Positions 1 through 9,119 of a DNA stretch of 64,000 bases are shown here, piece after piece (positions within the stretch are counted from its first letter, which is position 1; each line of letters starts with the position of its first letter). A program made the translations under genes and the position numbers. The notes beneath the pieces were generated by a model that ran no database searches, was not told where the DNA came from, and saw only the letters and a program-made list of their open reading frames with translations. The DNA comes from Planctomycetota bacterium (GTDB lineage: Bacteria > Planctomycetota > GCA-002687715 > CAIWVZ01): the NCBI GenBank assembly GCA_044222185.1, contig JBGANV010000007.1:160001-224000 (forward strand), given 5' to 3'.

Positions 1-196
1 CCGCCGCCATGATGCCAGCGCGGCGCATTCCCGCTATTGCGGCGGGGCTGTTGATCTCGATCGGTTCGTCGTCCCGGCTCATCGTCGTCGTCTGCGAGGG
101 ACGGGACTTTATGCGAGTCGCGGTTCGAGGCGCAAGGTGCGACCGGATCCTCATCGGCATGGCGCGCCCTCGATGTGAGGTGCCCGGCCGGGAAGA

Positions 197-1147
197 ATGA
201 CCGCCATGAAGACCCGAGCGAGAGCCGTCCGCGCCTCGAAACGCCCTCCGACGATCCTCTGTGCGGTGGATTTCGGGCCCGTTTCACGGGATGTGATCCG
301 CGAAGGCGCGCGGGTGGCCGCTCAGCAAGGGCTCGCCATCCGCGTGGTGCACGTTCAGGAGCCCGTTTCGGCGTTGGTCCGGAATGGCCTGGGTGCGAAG
401 GGCGCGCGGGAATTCGACCGGGTCCGCATGGAGTCCAGCATGTCGCACCTGGCCGACCTGATCGAGCCGCTCCGCTCAGCGGGTGTCGCGGTCAGCGTCA
501 CGGTGCGCGATGGCAACGCGGCGGAGCAGATCGTGGAGGAGGCCGCAGAGCGCCGCGCACGGATGATCGTCTGCGGAAGCTCGCGGCCGGCCCGCCGCGC
601 GCTGTTCGTGGTCGGCACGACACCGGCGCGGCTGGTCCGGCACAGTGCGGTGCCCGTGTTCGTCGTCGTCCCTTCGCTCGTGAATCGCTTTCGCCGCGTC
701 CTGGTCCCGACCGACCTCGACGTGAGCGACCGGACGGCGCTTCGTCTGGGGTGCGAGCTGGCACGTTCCGACGGCGCGCGCGTGACCGTCATGCACGCCT
801 ACGAACGGCCGTCGCTCCTGCACTCGTATCTGGGCGACACCCACGAGCTGCGGAGCAGGCTCCAGGACACGGCCCGTGACGGTCTCGAGGCGTTCGTCCG
901 AAAGGCCGGGCTCCCGAAGGGTGGTGTCGCGCCCCACCGCCTCGTTCTCTCCAACGACGACGAACTGCACGTGGCGGATTCCATCGTCCGCACGGCGCGT
1001 GCACTCAAAGTCGACCTGATCGTGATGGCGCTCGGCCGCCTCGGATTCCTCAAGCGCGAGATCATCGGCGACGTCGCCGAGCGCGTGCTCTGCGACCTTC
1101 CCTGCAGCCTTCTCGCCTTGCCCACCGCCTGGGCCGAGGCGCACTGA
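197..1147 (+). CDS. Universal stress protein with two tandem UspA domains
   Basis: Two Usp N-terminal motifs (ILCAVDF, VLVPTDL) and two C-terminal motifs (MIVCGS...VGTT, LIVMA...IGDVAERVL...CSLL). Confidence 0.9.
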   Translation: MTAMKTRARAVRASKRPPTILCAVDFGPVSRDVIREGARVAAQQGLAIRVVHVQEPVSALVRNGLGAKGAREFDRVRMESSMSHLADLIEPLRSAGVAVSVTVRDGNAAEQIVEEAAERRARMIVCGSSRPARRALFVVGTTPARLVRHSAVPVFVVVPSLVNRFRRVLVPTDLDVSDRTALRLGCELARSDGARVTVMHAYERPSLLHSYLGDTHELRSRLQDTARDGLEAFVRKAGLPKGGVAPHRLVLSNDDELHVADSIVRTARALKVDLIVMALGRLGFLKREIIGDVAERVLCDLPCSLLALPTAWAEAH

Positions 1148-1155
1148 GCCAATCG

Positions 1156-3891
1156 ATGACTTCACGAGTCCTGATCCCGTTCGAGAAGTACCGGTTGGAC
1201 AACGGCCTCACCGTGATCCTCCACGAGGACCATCGGTTGCCGCTCTGCGCCGTGAACCTGTGGTACCACGTCGGTGCCAAGGACGAGCCGCGGGGGCGAT
1301 CGGGCTTCGCGCACCTGTTCGAGCACCTGATGTTCATGGGGACGCATCGTGCGCCGCGGGGTGAGTTCGACCGGATCATGGAGTCGGGAGGCGGCGCGAA
1401 CAACGCGACGACGAGCGCCGATCGAACGAACTACTTCTCGTGGGGGCCGCAGTCGCTTCTGCCCACGTTGCTCTGGCTCGAGGCCGATCGCCTCGAACAT
1501 CTGGGGCACGCCATGACCCAGGAGAAGCTCGATCTCCAACGGGCCGTCGTTCGCAACGAGCGTCGCCAGTCCTACGAGAACGAGCCCTACGGAATGGCCG
1601 ATCTCGCCGTCGACGGCCTGATGTATCCCGACGGGCACCCCTACCAGATCCCCGTCATCGGCACGCACGAAGATCTCGTCGCCGCCACGGTGCAGGACGT
1701 GAAGGACTTCTTCGCGACCTATTACTGCCCGAACAACGGCACTCTCGTGGTCGCGGGTGACTTCGATCCCGCGTCGACGAAGAAGATGATCGCCGACTGG
1801 TTCGGAACTCTTCCGAGACGCGCCGATCCGACTCATCGCACGGCATCACCGGTGAGGTTGCCGGCGCCGAAGTTCCAGGTGATGCACGACCCGCACGTGG
1901 AGTTCTCCCGCGTGTCGTTCATCTGGCACAGTCCGCCGGGCTTCGCACCCGGCGACGCCGAGTGCGACCTCCTCGCGAAGATCCTGACCGACGGGCTGAC
2001 GAGCCGCTTGCACAAGCGCTTGATCTACGACGAAACGCTGGCGCAGTCCGTGTCGGCGTACCAACAGTCCCAGCAACTCGGGTCCATGTTCCGCATCGAC
2101 GTCGTCGCGCAGGATGACGTGGCCCTCGAGCGGATCGAGGCTGCCGTCGACGCCGAGCTCGACCGGATCCGGACCGACGGGCCGACGGAGCCCGAGCTCA
2201 CCCGAGTCCAGAACCAACTGGAGACCGAGGCCGTCGTCGCCTTGCAGCGCCTGCTCGAGCGCGCGGATCGCCTGAACTTCTACGACGCTCAGCTCGGCGA
2301 TCCGAACGGGTTCGACCGCGATTTCCAGCGATATCGCGACGCGACGCCCGCGACCGTGCGCGATTGGGCTCGGCAGGTCCTCGACCCGAGCTTGCGGCTG
2401 CGGCTGCACGTCCACCCCCGCGACGAAATCTCCTCGAACGGCGACGCCGACGTCACGGAGACCGAGGCGATGGAGGCGGCGATCGCCGAGCCCGAGTGGA
2501 CTCCGGCGATCGCGACGCCGCGCGACCGCCGCCCATCGGATCTCCCAGCGGCGCCGTTCGCACCGGCGACGCCGACGGGCTTCCGGATCGCCACGGGCGT
2601 CTGGTGTCTCCTCCACGAGCGTCATGATCTGCCCCTCGTGCGCATCCTCTTCCGGTTCGATGGGGGGGCGCTGCACGATCCCCCGGAGAAGGCGGGACTG
2701 GCCGACCTCACGGCACAACTCCTCCGCGAGGGAGCAAAGGACCTGCGGGCCCTGGATTTCAGCTTTGCCGTCGACCGTCTCGGTGCGTCGTTCGACACGG
2801 GCGCCGATCACGACTCCGTCCTCGCGCAGCTCATCGTTCTCAGCAGCAATCTGAAGCCCGCCCTCGCGCTCGCGCTCGACGCGCTCGAGAGTCCGCGGTT
2901 CGACGAGGACGCGTTCCGCCGCATCAAGACCCAGGCGCTCGGCGCGCTGAAGCAGCGGTCCGAGCAGCCCGGGCTCGTCGCGCGGGTCGTCTCGAATGCC
3001 GCCGTTTGTGGTGAGGGCCATCCGATCGGCCGACCCACGGACGGACATCCGTCGACTCTCGCCGCGTTGACCCTCGACGACGTCAAGGCGTTCTGGAAGG
3101 CGCAGGTCTGTCGGCGCATCCAGGTGCTCGTGGCGGGGGAGATCACGAAGGGCGACGTGCTGGACTTGATGAAAGTCCGCATGAGCGCGTTTCCGGCCGT
3201 CGACGACGACGAGAACTCGGCCGGCACGGCGCCGGTCGCGCGCGCGGAGTCCATGCGGGTGCTGCTCGTGGATCGGCCCGGTGCGCCGCAAACCGTGATC
3301 CGCTTCGTCTGGCCGGGGATCGCACATCGGGACGAGGATCGGCTCGCGCTCGCTCTCGCGACGACCGTGTTCGGCGGGAGCTTCACGTCGCGGCTCAATC
3401 AGAACCTGCGAGAGGCCCACGGTTACACCTACGGGGCCCGGGCGGGCATCGAGTATCACCCGGGTGCGGAGGATCCGCGGAACGGGCCGTCGCTTCTTTC
3501 GTCGTCGTCATCCGTGCACGCGCAGGTCACGGGAGCGAGCGTGCGCGAGTTCCTGGCCGAGTTCGCGCGGATGCGCCTGGGAGACATCAGCGGCGACGAA
3601 GTGGAGAAGGCGCGGTCGACGCTTCGCAACATCCGCGTTCACGCGAGCGAGTCGCTCGACGGCCTCGTGTCGGAGCTGGATGGCCTCGTGACGTTCGACC
3701 TTCCGCTCGATCACCAGGTGCACGATCTGGCGCGACTCGAGGGCGTCACCGTCGAGCAGGTGAACGCCGTCGCGCGCCGGGTCCTGCATCCGTCTGGCGG
3801 CGTCCTGGTCCTCGTGGGGGACGCCGCGCAGATCGAGCCACAGCTCGCAGGAATGGACCTGCCGAAACCGCAGCGTGCCGAGCTGCCCTGA
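1156..3891 (+). CDS. M16 family (insulinase/pitrilysin-like) zinc peptidase, two-half fusion
   Basis: Inverted zinc motif HLFEH, NATT..DRTNY, and second-half SRLNQNLRE..GYTY motif. Confidence 0.93.
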   Translation: MTSRVLIPFEKYRLDNGLTVILHEDHRLPLCAVNLWYHVGAKDEPRGRSGFAHLFEHLMFMGTHRAPRGEFDRIMESGGGANNATTSADRTNYFSWGPQSLLPTLLWLEADRLEHLGHAMTQEKLDLQRAVVRNERRQSYENEPYGMADLAVDGLMYPDGHPYQIPVIGTHEDLVAATVQDVKDFFATYYCPNNGTLVVAGDFDPASTKKMIADWFGTLPRRADPTHRTASPVRLPAPKFQVMHDPHVEFSRVSFIWHSPPGFAPGDAECDLLAKILTDGLTSRLHKRLIYDETLAQSVSAYQQSQQLGSMFRIDVVAQDDVALERIEAAVDAELDRIRTDGPTEPELTRVQNQLETEAVVALQRLLERADRLNFYDAQLGDPNGFDRDFQRYRDATPATVRDWARQVLDPSLRLRLHVHPRDEISSNGDADVTETEAMEAAIAEPEWTPAIATPRDRRPSDLPAAPFAPATPTGFRIATGVWCLLHERHDLPLVRILFRFDGGALHDPPEKAGLADLTAQLLREGAKDLRALDFSFAVDRLGASFDTGADHDSVLAQLIVLSSNLKPALALALDALESPRFDEDAFRRIKTQALGALKQRSEQPGLVARVVSNAAVCGEGHPIGRPTDGHPSTLAALTLDDVKAFWKAQVCRRIQVLVAGEITKGDVLDLMKVRMSAFPAVDDDENSAGTAPVARAESMRVLLVDRPGAPQTVIRFVWPGIAHRDEDRLALALATTVFGGSFTSRLNQNLREAHGYTYGARAGIEYHPGAEDPRNGPSLLSSSSSVHAQVTGASVREFLAEFARMRLGDISGDEVEKARSTLRNIRVHASESLDGLVSELDGLVTFDLPLDHQVHDLARLEGVTVEQVNAVARRVLHPSGGVLVLVGDAAQIEPQLAGMDLPKPQRAELP

Positions 3892-3953
3892 ATCCGCGCT
3901 TCGGTGGCGCCGGCACTCACCGCCGTGGCGGGGGCCGGCGCCCGCCGGCGGAT
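3892..3953. terminator. GC-rich hairpin filling the gap between convergent genes
   Basis: GGCGCCGGC (3906-3914) pairs with GCCGGCGCC (3934-3942); outer ATCCGC/GCGGAT and inner CCGCC/GGCGG stems; no U-tract. Confidence 0.5.
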
Positions 3954-3954
3954 C

Positions 3955-5718
3955 TCACAACCCGTACCAGACGTAGTTGTTGCCGACGGGCACGAAGTCC
4001 AGTCGGACCAGACCCGTCGCCAGCGTGCCCTGCGTCCCCACGCGGTAGATCATGTCCGTGGCATTCGGCGGCGCGAACGGCCCACCGAGGGCGAAGGCCG
4101 CCTGGCCGGGATCCGTGGCCGGCCCGAGGACGCCCGGGCTCATGCCGAGGAACTGCTGTCCCGTGCCAGTCGGAATCGTGTTGAGCCCGTCGATGGACAC
4201 GGTGCCCAGGATGCCGTCGAACTGCACCGCGAACGTCACCGGGTTCGTCGTGCCGAAGTACGGCACGGCGTTGTAGGACACGCGCACGATTCCGGGCGTC
4301 GGCGTCGAGATCGTGATGTTGCCGCTCGTCGCCGGGTTGAGGTCGCACCACGCACCGGCGAACGCGTAGCTCGTGAGCGCAGCTGCGGCCGACGGCGTGA
4401 ACGACGTGTTCGGCGTAGGTGCTCCGAACATCACGCGGCCGTTCGAGATCACGTCGAACTGCGTGTAGTTCACGCCGTAGAACGGGATCGTCGTCGGCGC
4501 GCCGCACAGCGCAGGATTCGACAACTGGACCGTGACGGCCGTGTCGTCACCCGTCGGGCCGGCGATCGTGGTGGCGCCAGCGGCGACGTGCAACTCGTTG
4601 ACGCCACTGAGCACGATCCCGTCGAGTGACGATGGGGCGACGACGAACATCTGCGCCGTGACGTCGAAGTTCGCGGGGATCGAGAGCGGGATCGTCAGCG
4701 GTACGAACGGCGTCGTCAGCGTCAGTCCGTTGAGGAAGCTCACGGTCGGATCGCTCAAGTTGATGTTCACCGCCTGGCCGGCGGCCGTGTAGAAGCCGCC
4801 GTTGATCGCGGAGACGGACGGGCCGGCCGTGACGGCCATGTCCCAAGGGAAGCCGACGTTCGTGCTGCTCGTGCTCACCGTGGCCGCTGCGGCCGTGCAC
4901 GCGGTGTAGGTCTTGTTCACGATCGCAGCCGAGAAGCCGTCGCCTTGGACGCCATCGACGTCCATGCTTGCGACTGGCGAGTTCGTCTGGAAGGGCGGCG
5001 CGCCCGTGCTGAGCGGTACGGCCGAAGGTCCGAAGGAGACGGAGCCGACCTGGGCGCCGTGGTTGCCTCCGGTCGTATCGGCGAAGTTGCCGTTCAGGTG
5101 CCAGCACGACACGAGGTTCGGCTGGCCGTCCATCTCCCAGGTCATGCCGCCCAGGATCTGGGTCGCGGTGCGCTCCGTCGACCAGATACGGAGCTCGTCG
5201 ATGCTGCCGTTCCACTCCTCGCCGCCTCCGGTGATCGCGTCGCCTTCGCCGACGCGGACGTCACCGCCGTTGTCGGTGAGGGCGCCGTTGCCCGTCGCCG
5301 TCGCGACCTGGACGCCGTTGATGTACAGGCGCGAGGTCGTTCCGTTCCACGTTCCTGCGACGTGCGTCCACACGCCCGTCGGGAACGCCGCGGGTGCGGT
5401 CGCAGTCACCGACGCGCCGCCCGGCAACCGCACCTTCCATGCGAGACGGCCGTTCCCCTGTGACACGCGCAGGAAGTACACCTCCTGACCGGCGAGCACG
5501 TTCTTGCGGATGATCGTCGGGTAGACGCCGGCGGGCGCGAGGTTCATCGCGTTGAAGAAGACCCACGCCTCGATCGTTATGTTCGCAGGGGCGAGCGACG
5601 CGTTCGTCGTCACGTTCATATACCCGGTCGTCGGGTTCACGGTGTTGATGCACTGGTTCTGCCCGAAGGCGGTCGGAAGAAGCGCCAGGGCGACTGCGGC
5701 AACTGTGGTCTTTCTCAT
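3955..5718 (-). CDS. Secreted LamG/concanavalin-like domain protein
   Basis: Signal peptide; TIEAWV, WTHVAGTW, LYING, GSIDELRIW motifs; SD-like GGAG upstream. Confidence 0.85.
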   Translation of the reverse strand: MRKTTVAAVALALLPTAFGQNQCINTVNPTTGYMNVTTNASLAPANITIEAWVFFNAMNLAPAGVYPTIIRKNVLAGQEVYFLRVSQGNGRLAWKVRLPGGASVTATAPAAFPTGVWTHVAGTWNGTTSRLYINGVQVATATGNGALTDNGGDVRVGEGDAITGGGEEWNGSIDELRIWSTERTATQILGGMTWEMDGQPNLVSCWHLNGNFADTTGGNHGAQVGSVSFGPSAVPLSTGAPPFQTNSPVASMDVDGVQGDGFSAAIVNKTYTACTAAAATVSTSSTNVGFPWDMAVTAGPSVSAINGGFYTAAGQAVNINLSDPTVSFLNGLTLTTPFVPLTIPLSIPANFDVTAQMFVVAPSSLDGIVLSGVNELHVAAGATTIAGPTGDDTAVTVQLSNPALCGAPTTIPFYGVNYTQFDVISNGRVMFGAPTPNTSFTPSAAAALTSYAFAGAWCDLNPATSGNITISTPTPGIVRVSYNAVPYFGTTNPVTFAVQFDGILGTVSIDGLNTIPTGTGQQFLGMSPGVLGPATDPGQAAFALGGPFAPPNATDMIYRVGTQGTLATGLVRLDFVPVGNNYVWYGL

Positions 5719-5773
5719 GGAGACTCCCGTCGGGCCGACGCGATGTCGGCGGTGGTGAGATACGGCGGAGAGT

Positions 5774-8122
5774 CTACACAGGAGCCGCAGGATTTCGCGC
5801 GGACCCCGGGGGAGGCGCTGGCGGCGGGAAAATCCGCGGTGCGAAGCGGTGATAGGCCCAGGCGCCGGTCATCAGCACGAGTCCGAGCGCGATGAACGAG
5901 ATGATTCGCGCCAAGCGGTCCAGATGAGAGAGGTCGCTGAGGACGACCTTGGTCGAGGTCACGGCGAGTAGCAACAGTGCCGAGAGGCGTAGCTTGCTGT
6001 GCCGAAGGAAGATGCCGAGCGCGAGCAGTCCCGCGGCGTATGCCGTCCACGTCACCGAGATGGCGGCGGAACCGGCCGAAACTGTCGAGGGTCCGGGGGC
6101 GGCGCGCATCTCGAAGTATCGCCACGCTTCGACGGATAGGGCCACGAGGGGCAGGAACAGGCCGAGCCCCCCGACGAGGCGGGAGCTCGTCGCAGCCATG
6201 GGAATGGCCGCCCGGCGGAGCAGTACCGACATGCCGATCAGGCCGAAGGGGACCGCGAGCGCGCCGAGGCATGCCGGATTGAGTAGGAACAGTTGGGAAG
6301 GCGCTTGCAGGCGATCCAGAAGCAGCAGGAAGCCGAGCGTCGCGAGCGTGGCGTGCAAGAACGAGAGCACCAGGAGCGTCGTTCTGCGAGATTCACGCGC
6401 GGCGTTGGCGAACCCGACTGCGATGCCTGCGATCGACGTGGAACGTGCCACGAGTCCGAGCGTCGTGCGGCGGAGCGGATCCACGACACCGGACGTGACG
6501 AGGAGGGTCAACTCGCCGCTCACGACGATGCCGCCGAGGACGCCGGCCGCGGTGAGGCCCATCCATCGCAGCCGGCGGTCGCCGATCATCGCGGCGGCCA
6601 CGAGGTAGACGACCACCGCTGCGGCGGCCGCGAAGTCCGAGTTGAGGAACGCGCGGATGTCGACTGCCGGGCCATCGCCATGAAGGTGGAACGCGATCAC
6701 GCGTCCGCTGGCGAGCGCAAACCCGACGGCGGATGCGCTGCGCCACGCGATCGAGTCTCGCGTCCTGGCGGCGGCGATCAGGGCGAGCGCCGTGAGCGCG
6801 ATCGCCTGGGTCGTGCCGATCATGCCGAAGGGGCAGGCTGCGGCCGCGAGGAGGAGCCCCGCAGCGCACGCACGCACGACCTCCCGGCCTGCGGAGTCCG
6901 CGGCACATCGACGCTCCGCCCATTCGGCGAACGCGGCGTGGATGCCGGCGACGATCACAAGCATGCCACCAAGCATCACGGCGTGGTCGGCGCCGAGGTG
7001 CGCCCATCCCACGAGCGCGACGGCCGCGGCAGCCGTGGAGACGGCGGCTCGGAAGAGACGAGACGTCCGCTCGCCGCGCAGCAGATGCGGCAGCCCGAGT
7101 CCGCAGAGGAACAGCACGTCGAAACCGATCATCCACGCCGGAAGGGGAATCGATCCCATCGTGCGCGAGCTGCCGTCGATCACCACGATGAAGATGCCCG
7201 TCACGATTGCGGCGACGGCCTTCGGGGTCGTCCATCGCTTCAGACCCGCAGCGATGAGCACGCCCGCATTCACGACGAAGAGGTCCAGAAGGGCGAGGTT
7301 CGGGTCGGCTTGCAGGTCCGAGACGACGATGGGCGTCAAGTAGGCGCCGATCTGCGCCAGGAGGAGGAGGGGCATCGCCGACCATCGGTAGGCGACGATG
7401 ACGGTCGCCGTCGTGACCGCCGTCATCGCGAAGAATGCGAGAGGTGCGTTCACGATGTCGTAGACGCGGTGTGCGACGAACGCGTCGAGGAGGAGGAGGC
7501 TCGATCCGCAACCGACGAATCCTTGTGCCAGGGCGGCGTAGCCCCGGCGGTTGAACCGGATGCCGAGCCCGAAGACGAGGATTCCTCCGATCGCGCCCGA
7601 GATCGTTCGCTGAGTCTCGGAGACCCAGCCCTGCTGGACGGCGTGGACGTACAGCAACGCCACGCCGACGATGAGCACCAGCGCGCCCACACGCACGAGC
7701 CAGCGCTGGCCGATGGCGCTCTCGAGTCCCGCTTCGTCGTGACGTCGCACGCGGGGGGCGGGTCGTGCGATCGCGCCGCCGGCGGGGATCGGACCCGCTG
7801 CCGGTGGAGATACCTCGCGGACCGCGATCCGGGGAGCGGGTACGACGGACTCGGGTGCCGCTGCCACCGCCGCGTGCGCCACGGGTTGGGCCGGGAGTTC
7901 CGCAAAGAGCGGCGTCACCGGCGGCGCCTCTTCTCGCGGCTTGCGGAGGGCGTCGGCGGCGACGGCGGACTCCGGCCTCACGGCGGCGGCGAGGTGGCTT
8001 CGCAGCCAGCTCACGTCTTCACGGAGTCTCTGCATCTCGCGGTGGATCCATCCGACGCGGAACGACGTCACGAGGACGACGCCGAAGAAGGACACGGTGA
8101 CGAGGACGATGAACTCGAGCAT
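5774..8122 (-). CDS. DUF2339-type polytopic membrane protein
   Basis: LESAIG.RWL.RVG motif, many TM segments, C-terminal KV.L.DL..L..LARI.SF..LG. Confidence 0.85.
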   Translation of the reverse strand: MLEFIVLVTVSFFGVVLVTSFRVGWIHREMQRLREDVSWLRSHLAAAVRPESAVAADALRKPREEAPPVTPLFAELPAQPVAHAAVAAAPESVVPAPRIAVREVSPPAAGPIPAGGAIARPAPRVRRHDEAGLESAIGQRWLVRVGALVLIVGVALLYVHAVQQGWVSETQRTISGAIGGILVFGLGIRFNRRGYAALAQGFVGCGSSLLLLDAFVAHRVYDIVNAPLAFFAMTAVTTATVIVAYRWSAMPLLLLAQIGAYLTPIVVSDLQADPNLALLDLFVVNAGVLIAAGLKRWTTPKAVAAIVTGIFIVVIDGSSRTMGSIPLPAWMIGFDVLFLCGLGLPHLLRGERTSRLFRAAVSTAAAAVALVGWAHLGADHAVMLGGMLVIVAGIHAAFAEWAERRCAADSAGREVVRACAAGLLLAAAACPFGMIGTTQAIALTALALIAAARTRDSIAWRSASAVGFALASGRVIAFHLHGDGPAVDIRAFLNSDFAAAAAVVVYLVAAAMIGDRRLRWMGLTAAGVLGGIVVSGELTLLVTSGVVDPLRRTTLGLVARSTSIAGIAVGFANAARESRRTTLLVLSFLHATLATLGFLLLLDRLQAPSQLFLLNPACLGALAVPFGLIGMSVLLRRAAIPMAATSSRLVGGLGLFLPLVALSVEAWRYFEMRAAPGPSTVSAGSAAISVTWTAYAAGLLALGIFLRHSKLRLSALLLLAVTSTKVVLSDLSHLDRLARIISFIALGLVLMTGAWAYHRFAPRIFPPPAPPPGSARNPAAPV

Positions 8123-8232
8123 GGCCGAACCTCCGGGCGACGGGGGTCACCCGCCGGATGTGCCGCCATTTTCGGCGCCGCGGTCACTTCCACCATGTGA
8201 GTCCTCAAGATCGCTGCGATAAGCTGCGCTTC

Positions 8233-9117
8233 ATGATGCAAGCCATTCAGATCGCCCGGCTCGAGGGCTTCTTCCACGTGGCGCGAACGGGCGGTTACGC
8301 GAAGGCCGCGCGGGCCTTTCCCTACCCGATCACCCAACCGGCGGTGCACCAGCAGGTTCGAAAGCTCGAGGGTGAATTGGGAGTGAAACTCTTCCAGCGC
8401 ACGGCGCGGGATCGCATGGAGCTCACGCCCGCGGGGCGGGCGCTGCACGCGTGCGTGGCGCCCTTCATGGAGTCCCTGCCGGACGTCGTGCGATCCGTTC
8501 GCGACGGCACGTTCGGCGGAAGGCTCACGATCCACGCCGCGAGCCTCGTGATCCGCCGCCTCCTTCCCGGGTGGTTCCAGCGACTGAAGCTCGCGCGCCC
8601 CGACATCGCCGTCGACCTGCACGAGGCGGAGGAGCCTGCGCTTTCGCTGCTTCGCTCGGGAGGCACGGACATCGTGGTGGACTTCGTCCCGCAGGTGCCG
8701 TCCGACGTGACCGTCACGCGTGTGGCCACCACGTTCGGATTCGCCGTCGCGCCCGCGGGGCATCCGGTGGCGGCTCGTCGCCGCTGGAGACTCGAGGACC
8801 TTCGCGGCGAGACCTTCATTTCCTACTCGCGCGCCCTCGCCCCGCACGAGCTCCAGATGAGCGTGCTGCGTGAGCATGGGATCGTACCCCCGCGCGTGAT
8901 CTCGCTGGGCTCGGCCGAGTCGATCCTGGGATTCGTCGAGGCGGGGCTCGGTTGGTCGCTCGTTCCCTGGCTCGATCCCAAGGGACCGTCGAGCCCGCAC
9001 ATCACGACGTGTCCGCTGCGCGGCGCGCGGAGTCGGTTCCCCGTCCACGCGGCGTTCCGCCGACACGACGCGAACAATCCGTTGATCGTCGCCGCGCTCG
9101 CCGCCGCGCGGCCGTGA
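8233..9117 (+). CDS. LysR family transcriptional regulator, divergent from the DUF2339 gene
   Basis: HTH ITQPAVHQQVRKLEGELGVKLFQR; C-terminal VEAGLGWSLVP; start moved to ATG 8233. Confidence 0.9.
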   Translation: MMQAIQIARLEGFFHVARTGGYAKAARAFPYPITQPAVHQQVRKLEGELGVKLFQRTARDRMELTPAGRALHACVAPFMESLPDVVRSVRDGTFGGRLTIHAASLVIRRLLPGWFQRLKLARPDIAVDLHEAEEPALSLLRSGGTDIVVDFVPQVPSDVTVTRVATTFGFAVAPAGHPVAARRRWRLEDLRGETFISYSRALAPHELQMSVLREHGIVPPRVISLGSAESILGFVEAGLGWSLVPWLDPKGPSSPHITTCPLRGARSRFPVHAAFRRHDANNPLIVAALAAARP

Positions 9118-9119
9118 CG